DNA of 64,000 nucleotides from positions 62,001 to 126,000 of the forward strand of contig JALAGF010000438.1 of the NCBI GenBank assembly GCA_030167865.1, read 5' to 3'. The translations under genes were made by a program, and so were the position numbers. The first letter of the stretch is position 1. Each line of letters opens with the position of its first letter. The notes beneath the pieces were generated by a model, which saw only the letters and a list, made by a program, of their open reading frames with translations, was not told the DNA's origin and made no database searches. Positions 1-11,362 of this stretch are shown piece after piece. The stretch is from Craspedostauros australis. Taxonomy: Eukaryota.

Positions 1-269
1 CCATCCGTACATCCACCCAATGGTTCGTAGAGTGATTGAACCAATCAGTCCATCAGCCATGCATCCATCGGAGCACCACGTCATGTACCGGCAACACGTC
101 ACCGGTCAAATTAGAAAGAATGCGGGAGATGAATAGGAAAGACGGGGTGAGAAACAGCTTATCCAAAAACAATAGTACACAGTACGACGGCAACATGATT
201 TGCAAGCAACAGGGCAAAACCATGGGCTCGACCAAAGGGGACCAATACAGCAGGAACGAGAGGACTTAC

Positions 270-3200
270 ATCTGCCTGTAGCTGGTCGATGTCCGGTGGA
301 CTGTTCAGGTGATCGCCCGTGAAGACCATGGAACGACCGCGCCATTCCACGCGGAAGCCGACGCAAGGGATACTGTGCAGGGAATACGTGAAGTGGAAGG
401 TTGCGCCTTGGAATCGAAGAGGTTGTCCGATGACGGCTGGCTTGTGCCTGTGGCTGTGCCGCAGAAGCGCTGGGCTGAGCGAGGCAAGGGCAGCATATTT
501 CCGGATGAAACTCTTGTAGATGGTTGGCGTTGTGATCACCACCACGGGCGATCCAGTCAGTACCTTCTGGAAGGCACCGGCATCGTGATCAGCGTGGCAG
601 TGTGTGAGGATGATCCCGACGATGGTCCTGGGACGGATACCCTCCCTCTCCAGCGTTGCCGAAGAGTACGGTGGTGGGTCGATCATCACACCGCGACCGT
701 TGATCCACAGGACGTAACCCGAGACGGAACCGCTCTTGTCGAAACCATGAGAATTACCGAGCACGGTGACGCCGAAGGATGGCGCATGGAATGTCGGAGG
801 AGCCTTGGGCATCAGGAGGGTGCCTTCCCCACCGCTCTCGCGCCCGGGCATCGAGGCTCCCTTTCGGGCCTTCTTGTCGTTGTCGTTGGAATGGCTCACA
901 TCGTCCATGATGGAATGCCCTCCAAACCCGTCAACACCCATGGACTCCGATACCTTTACGTGGCCAGAGAAACGCGCCTTTCCGATAATATGATTATTTA
1001 CATCGATGTCGTGCATGATGTACTCCGTCCCACTTGGCATTTTGAAGATTTCAAGTCTCGGCACCGACCTGCTGTCTTTCTGCTCTTGCGTGGTGTTGAC
1101 GGGCCACACAGTCGCCATATCGCCTGGTGACAGTGACAATTGACCGTGGTGTATGTGTGTGTATGCATGTGTGTGTATGCATGTGTGTGTGTGGGTGTGT
1201 CGTGTGGGATGCGATGGATCATGATGAGAAAGAAGAAACAACAAGAGAAATTTGAACGAATAGAGTGAGCACATGACACGAAGGAACCTCATCGGCAGAA
1301 GCAGTGTGCTTGTCAATCTCTTTCTGTGCTCGTTTTCTGTTGTTCTCTGTCTTTGTCTTCGTCTGCATGCGCGTCTTCATGTGCATCCCCCGTTTCACCG
1401 TGCTGCGTCTCCGCAAGTTCTCAACTTTTGATTGGTGCACTTACCAACCCACCGTCCGCCCTGAGATTGTGATTCTGGCGAGGGCGACGTGGTCGCAGAG
1501 TCAGCAGCGGCTGCTGCCGCTACTTCTGCATTGTTTGCATCCGCCCCGTCTTCGTCACCTTCGTTATTGTCGTTGCTGTCGTCGTTATTGTCACGCTTCG
1601 GAATCCCCAGGTTTCCGTGCGACTTGCCCTCCTTGGGTGTATTGAACTGGTAGAACTCAAGCAACTTTTCCACAGCGAGCTCCGACCCATCCGGCAAGAT
1701 GCGGAAGTGATGGAGTTCTTTCTGCAAGTCGGGGATCGCATCTCTCGGAAAGTCCGGGGAAAAATCCTCCTCCTCATACTTGATGGCTTGATTGCCTCGG
1801 AATTGAGCAGGACCCAGCAGGGTCTCGCTGAACACTCTGCAGATATTGTCTTGTGCCTCTTGCGAGTCGACCACGAGGGTGCATCTCTTGTTGTAGACGA
1901 AGAAGTTGAAGTAGCCTGGGAATTCGAATTCTGCCAGATTGACACCGAGTGCTGGTCCCATCTCTCTGCAAAAGCGTTCGGCAGGCACGATGTACACCTG
2001 TGGCACTGGGATGCCCATTCGCATGCTGTCTTTGATCGTTTCTGGTGGGATACCGAACTGTGTGTTTGTCAAGTAACAGAACCATCACAGAGCGCGTTTT
2101 TTTTTTGTTCGGAGCCAGGCATCGAAACCCATTACAAGAGGATTGAGCATGAAGCGGTCGTGATTTGTCGCCGGGTGAATGAACCAGGACACCGAATAGA
2201 TCGATCCAACCACGTGTCGCCAGTTGTCGCCAGTTGGTGCCAATTGTTGCCGTTCCATGTTGTTTCATCCCACCCCACAATCACGCAAAGAGATTATCGA
2301 TATGCCGTGCATCGTGCATCGTCGTGGGGCGTTTGATCACGCCAAGTGAAATAAAGGAGATAGCAGTGTGAAACGATGTTGTGAGACGAGAACCGATGGT
2401 TGAATTGTGCTGGCTACAAGTGTTGTACCGGCACTCCCACGATCCAGTGGTCTGTGTGGTTCGTGTCTGACCAGCCAGGTCGTCGAGCGAAGCGACAGGT
2501 ACTGCAGGCAAGCAGATGATTGTTCTGCTGTGTTTGTCGCGATCGCTGTGTGCGTGGTGGCTTGTGTTGTGGAGGCTTACCTGTATGCGACCCACGGATT
2601 GTGTTTCCATACTTATTCCACCCCTCGGTAGTTTGACTTGCTCGATTTCAGGGATTGACTCGTAGGCCTCTCCCAACCAAGTGTTTTTGGCCTCAGAGGC
2701 CTGTGGCGATTTGTCACCTCCGTCTGAACCATTGTCAGCGTGTGATGGTGGATGCGGAGTCATGCTCGAATTCGACAGGGGAGGGGGTGGTGTGGATGAG
2801 GCGTTCGACGCTGACGATCCTTCTGCCGCAGGTGTTGATGTCGCTGACGCCGATGTAGACGAAGAGGCCTTGCCAAGGACGGCAGTTGCTGCGGCACGAG
2901 AGGTTGCAATTGTGACCCTGGTGCCTGTTGGTGCAACTGTGCTGGCGTTGGCGGGGTTGAATCCGTTGCCTGGGGACCTCTTCAGGTTCCCCTTGGATTT
3001 GGCTGCGGATGCGTAGCTGCTTGGCTTGGGACTCCCCTGTAATTGCGAAGCTGCGACGTCGTTGGAAGTTCGCGCGCTGGGCTTCGCTGGTGGCGTTGGT
3101 GTTGATGCTGCCTTCGCTGTTTGAGTCGATGTAACGCGGGCTGCGGGAAGTTCGCGTTGCTGCTGTTGCTGTTGCTGGGTTGACCTTGTTTGATTGGATG

Positions 3201-3909
3201 CAAGTCCTCCGGTTGGACGATCGCGGTTGGAGCGAGCACCGTTGACCGTGGTCGGAGGGTTAGGACTGAATGCAACTCTTTGCTGCTGCCGCTGTCGTTG
3301 ATGTTGTTGTTGTTGCTGTTGTTGCTGCTGTTGTTGCTGCTGTTGCTCGGTAGATTGCCTGTTGTCCGCGTTGGCTGTGCTGTTATTGCGTGCGCTGGAA
3401 GCGACAGAAGCGGCGGCGGCTGGTGTGACGGTGATAGCGGTAGGTGTTCCCGTTGCCGTTCCCGTTCCTTTTCCTGTTGCGGGCTGTCTGACCCGATTGG
3501 TGGAGCTGTAGTGCTTGCGACCGTTGCTGCTGTCCGAGGTGCCCCGATGTGTTCCTCCTTGTCCAGCTGCAGCAGCTCTGGCCCTACCTTCTGTCGAATG
3601 GCGAGAGTTAGTCGATCGTGAGCTGGGCTGTTGTTGCTGTTGGTTTGCCCCGTACTTGGTGCTGTGCGTGCGGCTGGTGGTCTGGTTGCGTCCCTGCTGG
3701 AGTCTTTGGATATGCGCAGTCTCGGGCGACGAGTTGGTTTGGCGACCGGAGCGGTCGGACTCTCGGGATCGCACGGTCGGAGCTGTGATGGATGTTGGAA
3801 CTGAGGCAGGTGCGCTGGCGGTTCCGGTTTGGTCGTTGTTAGCGTTTGCCGATGAGTCCTTCTTCGGGTTTTTTCTCTTTCTTCTGAACAGCTTCTTCAC
3901 GGCCTTCAT
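270..3909 (-). CDS. Metallo-beta-lactamase-fold hydrolase, putative cyclic-nucleotide phosphodiesterase (3' end lies beyond the left edge of the window)
   Basis: Exons 3909-2581, 2057-1445 and 1123-270 are joined by GT-AG introns in consistent phase (GRIQ|FGIPPETIKD; WVG|DMATVWP), giving 932 codons, followed by another GTAAG donor at 269. Contains the HxHxDH motif THCHADHDAG, plus LGNSHGFD, HSIPCVGF and FTGDH. The first ~415 aa are low-complexity Q/S/T/A. Confidence 0.8.
1149..1207. repeat. Imperfect (TG)n microsatellite in intron 2 of the MBL gene
   Basis: gtgtatgtgtgtgtatgcatgtgtgtgtatgcatgtgtgtgtgtgggtgtgt read directly. Confidence 0.85.
3280..3347. repeat. Coding (CAG/CAA)n tract encoding polyglutamine
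   Basis: A tgc/tgt/ttg triplet run on the + strand translates on the - strand as QQQQQQQQQQQQQQQHQRQRQQQ. Confidence 0.9.
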
Positions 3910-5618
3910 TGCGATGGGAGTTGCAAGAGATGCGAGAACACTCTCGCGGATGATTGCGGATCTGTTGGCTTGTTAGCCCTGGGTTGAACTCGTGGTTGCT
4001 CCTTTGCTCCTATCCTTTCCTTTCTTGTCGTGTCGTGTCCTGTTGTGATTTGCTGTGATCTGCTGTGTCGATGACTGCGGTGGTGCTCGTATCTGTATCT
4101 GTATCTGTATGGGTAGAGTGAGTGAGCAGTGAGTGAGTTGGGGATGGAGCAGAGTGCTCAGAGTTCCAATTTGGGAATGTGCTGGTGGGTGTTGAATGGC
4201 AGATAGTTGACGAAGGAGTTGAGGCGAAGGTGTTTGCTGCTGGCGCTGTGCGAGGAAGTGCAGGTACCAATACTCTGAGTCTCGATGTGGAGGACAGGTG
4301 GTTGGCGCGGTACAGTTGCCACGAATCGGTGGGAGCAGTTGTCGCAGTCACAAGACTTGGAAGTAGTTTGGGCACACGATCAGCCACCGTTCGCTATGTG
4401 AATGAGAGTATGATAGGAGTATCCGCGCGGTAGTTGTGGATGCGCTTTTGTCCTCCTGCGTTTGTGCTGAGACGAGGTCGGATGTCTCTCTCAGTCTTCG
4501 CTGTTGGATCTCCTTTGCTTCTTGTGGCGGGACGTAGTTGTGGTTGTGGTCGTGGTCGTGGTTAGATACGCGCCCTTTCCTTTGCTTCCTTTGCTTCCTT
4601 TCCTTCCTTTCCTTCGATGATGTTGTTAATACAGATGCAGATGTGTCAATCCCGATGGGGCAATCCGCAGCCTCTTGCAGCTTCACCTTTGGGATGGAGT
4701 CGGCGGGGCGCTTTGGCGTGTGTTGTCGCTGGTGGTGCTGCTGCTGCTTCTGTTATTGCTGTTGTTGAGTTCGTCTCCGCGACTGGTACACAGAAAGACA
4801 CTTCAGAACACGAGAGCGGGTGTGGAGGTCTCAAGTGTCTGCAAAGGGAGGTATCGCTTCTCGGCTTGTCCGTCGTCTCCGTTGGCAGCGTTGGTGGCAG
4901 TTGCCGCTGTTGCCGTTGCTGTGTGGATCGATGTCGTGGTTGATGTTGTTGCTGATTTTTCCCGTGTTGTTCCCGGCTGTCTTCTTCGGGTGACGATGTC
5001 CCGTTTCTTGTCTGTGTCTCGCGAGTGCCAACCTCCGCCGCACCACCAATCTCCCAAAGCTGCACGGACACGCACAACAACCAAGGGCATTGCGTCGGTC
5101 TTTCTCCTCCATGCAGTCTTCCACCAATTGTTGGTGATGCAGCCTCTCCAGTCTTTCTTTTCTGTGGGGCGTGCCTCCTCTGTGCCGTCGGACATTTGCT
5201 TCGTCTCGTCCAATCAGAACTTGTCCCCTCGCCACAAGACACAGACGCAACAGGAATCGCTCGAATCGAGACTTCGCCTTGGTCGCGTCCAGCGCACACC
5301 CGCATCCAATTACACAGACAACATGACAACACCCATGTGTGACATTGTATGGAGTCACGGTGAAATACACAATAGACTGTAAAAGAGGAGCGACGAACGG
5401 CTCATCAATTCTGCGCACAGAGGCGCCATCCATTGACCATCACTCGCAGCCATCACAAGAAGAGGAGGAAGCGGAGAGGAAGACGTCTCCGCCTTGTGCG
5501 ACTATCACAATACACTTGCTATTCTCATCGACCTATTGCCATCGATCTGCTGTCATCATTGCAAGCAACAAGAACAGACGCCGCGACAGAATCACTCAAG
5601 GAATTGCGCAGCCCAACC

Positions 5619-5969
5619 ATGTCCAGACAAGTCGCAAGATCGGATCTGCTCCACCTGTACAAACGGCTGCTGCGGTTGGCGGAGGTGTACCCCTCCAAGA
5701 ACCGCGATGGCATCTACAGCGCGATCCGTGACGAATTCCGTCTCAACCGCACGTTGGAGGGAGACAAGGCGCACAAGGAGATCCAGCTGGCCTACCAGGG
5801 CCTTGGTCAGCTGCAGCAGTTCGATGGACGGAAAGGGACGGCCAACTTCTCCGTCACGCTCGAGCAGAATCCCTTTCCAAAGCCGGACGGCGCAGATGAA
5901 AAGCGACCGGGGGTCAGCGACGGCATCAATCGGTTGGCAGAGGAACGAGCCAAGACGGACTCATCGTAA
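5619..5969 (+). CDS. LYR-motif (Complex1_LYR family) mitochondrial protein, 116 aa
   Basis: ATG at 5619: MSRQVARSDLLHLYKRLLRLA...IRDEFR. The LYK variant of LYR with a downstream conserved Phe is typical of the family. Single exon. Confidence 0.8.
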   Translation: MSRQVARSDLLHLYKRLLRLAEVYPSKNRDGIYSAIRDEFRLNRTLEGDKAHKEIQLAYQGLGQLQQFDGRKGTANFSVTLEQNPFPKPDGADEKRPGVSDGINRLAEERAKTDSS

Positions 5970-6480
5970 CAGCCCATGCTTCGACATATTATATTATAAA
6001 ATATGTACGCATAATATGTCTCAGGACGACTTATGTACGTGTGGTTCAATGTATTATAATGTATTATACTCTATCAAAGTAACCGTTGCATGAGCAGAGG
6101 ACTATTAAAATAGTATTCGCACTACTTTGTGGTAGATACAGGAATTAGGCTGCATCAAGTCTCCACCACACATCATGCTGGAGTATAGTGCTGCTCGTAT
6201 GTATTCCTATTTGTAATTGTGGGTAGGAAGAGTATGGCATTATAGGTCGATGCTCATACGAGTACCACCACTCTCTTGGATGGTATTATATGTACAACTG
6301 CTCGGCAATCTTGCTATGCTCGCGCCATTGCGGTAATACCTCGGTGTTCCACATGCAATAGTAGAGTACTCAACTCGCATGATGACCAACCATACTATTA
6401 TACCATTCTAATATCCCTGGAATAATCTCACGATCCAAGGAAAAAATGACATCGCTGCATCGTTGCGTCAGAGAGAACGA

Positions 6481-8835
6481 TTAGACCGACATCAAGGTCT
6501 CCACCTGACTCGGAGAATGCGCGAGGAACGACAAGTCCTCGTACCCATGACCTTCCTGTTGCATGGCCATGTACAGATCGCTGTAGCTCTGACACACCTT
6601 GTCTGCGATCTTCGATCTCGCCATCTTGCGAAGTCCCGGATCCTTGATCGTCGTTTCGAAGCTCGGGATGGGCGGCGCATACAGTGATTCGTAGAACTCC
6701 TTGATCGCCATCTCGACCTCGTCAAGCGCCAGTCCGGGATGGGAGGAGATGGACATGCCCTCGATGCGCGTGCTCTCGAAAGATTCCCACGACTTGAAGA
6801 TGGAGCCGAGCCCGCAGAGATCCAGCACGGAGTCGGTCTCCTGCTCCACGAGGGCATCGATCAAGGCCTTCTCCTTTTCGTTGACCTTCTCCTGCAGCGA
6901 CGCGAACATCGCCGACGGCACGCCGGATCGACGGGCCGCCGCCAGCGATTGCCGCAGGTACACGGTATCGTCGAGGACCCTGCACACTGGAAGCGCCGCC
7001 TCGACCAGCAGCTGACACGCCCAGTGCAACGACAGAGTCGCTTCGAAGGCTTCGGGACAATGAACCTCCTGCGAGAATCCAGGCGACGCATCGCGAACGT
7101 TGCCCAGCTGAATGAACATGGCGTGGCACAAGGCGGCCTCGGAATCTCCACCAACGACCGTGAGTTGCTCCAGCATGGCGCAGTACACCCTCAACGACGC
7201 CTCGAACGCTGCGGACGCCTCGCCGAGACATTCCATCATGCTCTTCACGATGGCGTTGTTGTTATCATCCTTCGACGACTTGGCATCCCCCTTGCAAAGT
7301 CTCGCCTCGATCTTGGATATGGCAGAGATGTAGAAGAGCAGAAGACCGCAAATCTCGTAGAGCTGCGAGAGACGCGATCGGATGGATCCTCCGCCATTCT
7401 CGTCATCGTCATCCAGGTAACCGTCATCGTCATCGGCGTCTTCCTCGTCGGGGCGTCTGGACAGCGTCGAAATGACTTGCTGTATTCTGGCCTGAAGCGG
7501 ACGCGCCACGCCGCTCATGGAGTGGTTGAGCATTTCCACGGAGGTGTACTGCTTCTCCATGATGAACTCTGCATCTTGGTACGCCGACGATGCGGATGCT
7601 GACGAGGCGGTCGCAGCTGTGGCGGATGCGTCACCGTCTGCCTTGGATGGATCCGCGTCGTCGCCTCCCTTCGTCTCTTCGCCACCATCGGTGTCACCGT
7701 CCATCGCCTCCAGCAAACCGCGCGCGACTTCAGCCTCGACGGAGTACGATCGGAAGCAGAATGCGAGCATGTCCGCAGTGTACGCCACGGGATCGTGCGC
7801 GCGCATCTCGATCGGTGGCGACCCACCGTACCCGCTCGTCAGCGCCAGCAGGAAACGCCGGCTCTCCACGGAACGTCGCGAGGATGCCACAAGCTCGAGG
7901 AGGTACGAGTAGAAGGCGGGCTGCTCCCGCAAGGCGGCCAGCGACCGCTTGACGAAGGGATGGGTGAGCAGCTCGTCGAAGCGATCTTCCTGCGCGGCTG
8001 CGGCGTCGCTGTCCTTGTTGCCGCCGACGGAGCTGACCGTCTTGAGCTGCAGGAAGGTCTGCAGCCAGTGGTAGAGGCGCTCGTAGGCCCGTTCCTGCTT
8101 CTGCGCCAGCGATTCCATCATCATCAACGCCGAGGAAGTGCCCAGGCTCTCTCCGCTCTGCGACTTGCTGGCGTGCGACTGCAGGAGGCTGCCGGAACCG
8201 AAGGACTTGCTGAGCTCGTTGCGGATCTGCTGGATGCGCTCCAGCGCCTTGAGGAAGGCGTTGCCGTGGACGTTGGTGGTCTCCACGTCGTCAAAGTCGT
8301 AGTGGTCGAGGAGCCTGGAGTCCTCCTCGGAGAGGTTGTACTTGTCGAGGAAGGCATCCACCGTCTCCACCCTCTGCTGGGCATCCGCCAGCTGCTGGAA
8401 GGCCGCGCTGAGCGACCCCGCCAGTTGCTTCTCGTGCTCGATGCCTGCGTCCGCACCGGCTGCAGCGTTGGGCGCCTGCGACCCCTCCTCCACCACGCTG
8501 GTGTCGATGGCGTCGCTGACGAGCCTGGCGACTGCGGTGGTCTCAGAGATGTTCCGCCGCAGCGTGACCACCTTGTCCAGGACGGAGCTCAGCTCGTTCT
8601 GCAGCAGCATGGCCTGCTGCAGGGCATCCTGCTCGATGGCCACGCGGATGGACCTGGAGTCGATGGCGTGCAGCTCGTCCTTGTGGTTGGGGAGGTTGGC
8701 GAGGGCATCCAGCGCGGCCTTCATGGCCGGAGTGTCCGTGCGGATCTCCAGCGTGCGAGACACCTTCGCGGACAGCATCCTGTGCTCCTCCGTCGGCACG
8801 GAGCCGCTCATCATGTTGGCTTCTGTCGATGCCAT
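6481..8835 (-). CDS. COG6: Conserved oligomeric Golgi complex subunit 6, 784 aa
   Basis: Intronless. PIEMRAHDPVAYTADMLAF, QERAYERLYHW and the C-terminal HSPSQVETL match COG6 motifs. Start placed at the first ATG (MASTEAN); the upstream in-frame part is a 9-bp repeat UTR. Confidence 0.88.
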   Translation of the reverse strand: MASTEANMMSGSVPTEEHRMLSAKVSRTLEIRTDTPAMKAALDALANLPNHKDELHAIDSRSIRVAIEQDALQQAMLLQNELSSVLDKVVTLRRNISETTAVARLVSDAIDTSVVEEGSQAPNAAAGADAGIEHEKQLAGSLSAAFQQLADAQQRVETVDAFLDKYNLSEEDSRLLDHYDFDDVETTNVHGNAFLKALERIQQIRNELSKSFGSGSLLQSHASKSQSGESLGTSSALMMMESLAQKQERAYERLYHWLQTFLQLKTVSSVGGNKDSDAAAAQEDRFDELLTHPFVKRSLAALREQPAFYSYLLELVASSRRSVESRRFLLALTSGYGGSPPIEMRAHDPVAYTADMLAFCFRSYSVEAEVARGLLEAMDGDTDGGEETKGGDDADPSKADGDASATAATASSASASSAYQDAEFIMEKQYTSVEMLNHSMSGVARPLQARIQQVISTLSRRPDEEDADDDDGYLDDDDENGGGSIRSRLSQLYEICGLLLFYISAISKIEARLCKGDAKSSKDDNNNAIVKSMMECLGEASAAFEASLRVYCAMLEQLTVVGGDSEAALCHAMFIQLGNVRDASPGFSQEVHCPEAFEATLSLHWACQLLVEAALPVCRVLDDTVYLRQSLAAARRSGVPSAMFASLQEKVNEKEKALIDALVEQETDSVLDLCGLGSIFKSWESFESTRIEGMSISSHPGLALDEVEMAIKEFYESLYAPPIPSFETTIKDPGLRKMARSKIADKVCQSYSDLYMAMQQEGHGYEDLSFLAHSPSQVETLMSV

Positions 8836-9373
8836 CTTCTTCCACCTCTTGTTCTTTTCTCTGCTATTGCTGTCCTTGCTGTCCTTGCTGTCCTTGCTGT
8901 TATTGCTGTTGCAAAGGTTGAGGATCCTTGTGGGAACAACCACAAGTGCGATCTATGCTTGAAGCTGCGGTGTTTGTGAGTGCATCCTGGACGTATCATG
9001 GGCTCAACGTGAATGCATCGCGGATGTCGGTCACAACAACAACAACCTGCGCAACGGTCGTGGAGCTGTTGGGGAGTCATCAGGAAGTATTCTTATTTTC
9101 TGCGATAACGGATTGAATTGGCGAACGTCCAAGCAATCGAGACAAGACCCTCACGCCAATCTGATTACCGCGCACTCGACGTACATGCTTGTACTCTCTA
9201 TTACGCATACAGGACGATCTATTATACACGCATGGATAAAACGCTAAGATACTAAAGATCATGGTAATGCTGGTGTCATTTCTCTTTGGTGCACTTCATA
9301 TTATACTTATCATCCTACGAGTGTTAACGGAAACTCAACCAACAATCTCACGACGACGACGACCCCAGCACAA

Positions 9374-11362
9374 TTACTGGGTCTTCTTCATCATGGTCGA
9401 CAGGAGGAAACGACGGCGGTGGAGCTGGATCTTGAGTTCCTCGGGGACCGCGGGTATCAAGTTCTGCAAGGTGAGACCGATGATGATCAGCACCCGCTCC
9501 AGCCCAAAGATGATGAAGATCGCGATCCATCCCTTGTCATGCGCCAGCTGCGCGTCGCCGGTCTCGTCCTCCGTGTAAAAGACCGGGAGGAAGTACATCA
9601 TCTGCTCGCTGGTGTAGCCGAACAGCAGACAGTTGGTCAGGCAGCTCATCCACACCATGCACTTCAGCAGCGACTTCCACATCCCGATGGAATTCACGCG
9701 CTCCGAGTTGGGCTTTTGGCACACGTACGTCAGCTTGTAACAGTCCGACCGCACTTCGATGGCCACCGCTATGCAAAAGACGAGCGATGCCAACGGGTAG
9801 GCGGACGCAAACAGCGTGACGTATCCGAACTGGATCAGGATCTCCATGTAGTCATCGAACGGTTCGTACTCGTCGAGGTCCAGATCCTGCGGATGCTCAT
9901 TGTCGCGGGCCTTTCTGTGCAGGGCCATGGGCACGATGACCTCCAGGAACAGCCGTCGGAAGCTGTCGACGTTGAACACGGTGATGAGCTCCATCCGAAG
10001 CCGATCGACGTCGCGTTCATAAAATGCGAGGTAGAAGAGGACGACGTAGCAATCGAAGGCTTCGAACAGGAATCGTTTCAGAATGAGCGAGTTGTTGTAC
10101 GCCTCCTGCGTGCGGTGGTTCTCCCAATCCGTCAACTTCGCAGCGATGCTCCTGTAGATGGTGTTCAGCGTGAGGATGCAGATCACGTGCATGACAACTG
10201 GGACGTAGCACATCAGGGTGGCCGGGTCGAACATCTCCCCTGGCCGGGCCATCGATGCCAGGAACGGGTAATGGAACGGATGGTACGATCTGCGTGGCAT
10301 GATGTACCCCTGCAAGTTGAGCGACATGATCATGATGAAGAAGGCGATGCTGAGCATGATGCTGGTGACGATGCCGCTGAAGACGTAGCTGAGCTTCCGG
10401 CGGAAAGGGGAGTAGTAGAGCTCTGGCAGCTTCGTGACCGGCGATGTGCGTAGGCGTCCCTTGAATTCCGGTCGCCCGTGCGCCGCGTTGGACGTCGACA
10501 GCGAGTAGTCATCCTCGTGGTCATCCACGAGGGTCGTGATGTCCAGCGTCCCCCAACGGTGTGCCAACATATGCTCCTCGCGGTCCCAGAACTTCAACAG
10601 CAGCACGGCCCACAAGAAGCACACCAGGCCGTACAACGGCGTGTACTGATCATCATCGATGCCCTCCTCTCTGTAGAGGCGCCACATCAAGGTGGAGAGT
10701 CCCAGAATGCCCAGGAATGCCAGCCACCGGCCGAGAAATCCCATGAAGGCGAAGTAAAACCCGATGGACGGACCGTAGTACTCCTGGATGAGATCCACGG
10801 GCGGCGTCAGATTCCAAATGGGAAACCAGGTCTTTCGTTGAACCTCCACCTTGTGATCGTCGATGTGCAGCGCCGTCATGATGTCAATCCAGCCATTCGA
10901 TTCCAACGCGAACTTGAGGGCCACTGGATGGCCAGGGTCGACCTTCTCCGGTCCTTGCAGGAGGGTCGCAAGCTGGGAATCTCCCGCAAGGTGTATGCGC
11001 TCGATGATGCCCAGCGTCAGATGAGCACGCTCGTGGACGGTGAAGAGCCCGTAGGGACCACGCGATCGCGATGGCGGAATGAACTCCTTGCGAAATTTCT
11101 TCTCGAAGTGATCCATGACGACCTCGTCTGTGCCGACCTCCCTCGCCTTGACCAGATGCGAGCGTTCTGCCTCCTCCTCCAAGGCCTCCTGGGACGCGGA
11201 CAGGATGAGGATGTCGTGCGCGCCCGACGGCATGACGATCACATGGTACTCCTCAAGACGTTGCTTCACGAGGGTGACGACCTCAAGAGACTTCTGCGCC
11301 TTCTCTGTCCATTGCAGTACCACTAGCGGCGTCTTCTCGGCAGGTGGCAGCGGCGGAGGCAT
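9374..11362 (-). CDS. Anoctamin/TMEM16 family protein (ANO10/TMEM16K-like scramblase or channel), 662 aa
   Basis: IQEYYGPSIGFYFAF, LTDWENHRT, FDDYMEILIQFGYVTLFASAYPLA, EVRSDCYKL and SIGMW are anoctamin signatures. Multiple TM segments. C-terminal KKTQ is a KKxx motif. Confidence 0.92.
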   Translation of the reverse strand: MPPPLPPAEKTPLVVLQWTEKAQKSLEVVTLVKQRLEEYHVIVMPSGAHDILILSASQEALEEEAERSHLVKAREVGTDEVVMDHFEKKFRKEFIPPSRSRGPYGLFTVHERAHLTLGIIERIHLAGDSQLATLLQGPEKVDPGHPVALKFALESNGWIDIMTALHIDDHKVEVQRKTWFPIWNLTPPVDLIQEYYGPSIGFYFAFMGFLGRWLAFLGILGLSTLMWRLYREEGIDDDQYTPLYGLVCFLWAVLLLKFWDREEHMLAHRWGTLDITTLVDDHEDDYSLSTSNAAHGRPEFKGRLRTSPVTKLPELYYSPFRRKLSYVFSGIVTSIMLSIAFFIMIMSLNLQGYIMPRRSYHPFHYPFLASMARPGEMFDPATLMCYVPVVMHVICILTLNTIYRSIAAKLTDWENHRTQEAYNNSLILKRFLFEAFDCYVVLFYLAFYERDVDRLRMELITVFNVDSFRRLFLEVIVPMALHRKARDNEHPQDLDLDEYEPFDDYMEILIQFGYVTLFASAYPLASLVFCIAVAIEVRSDCYKLTYVCQKPNSERVNSIGMWKSLLKCMVWMSCLTNCLLFGYTSEQMMYFLPVFYTEDETGDAQLAHDKGWIAIFIIFGLERVLIIIGLTLQNLIPAVPEELKIQLHRRRFLLSTMMKKTQ

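Noticed and set aside
3950..5600. Multiple 100-235 aa ORFs between the MBL gene and the LYR gene
   Set aside because: They are built from microsatellite-like UTR or promoter sequence open in several frames, with no domain or splice support.
8836..8943. Longer COG6 start proposed by the ORF track
   Set aside because: Non-ATG start, and the extension is a 9-bp tandem repeat (SKD x3) typical of local UTRs.
7795..8979. Long antisense ORFs (e.g. 7795-8979, 9419-10453, 19529-20374, 44270-45190, 46215-47666)
   Set aside because: They are antisense shadows of real genes with GC-rich third positions, and their translations show no independent motifs.
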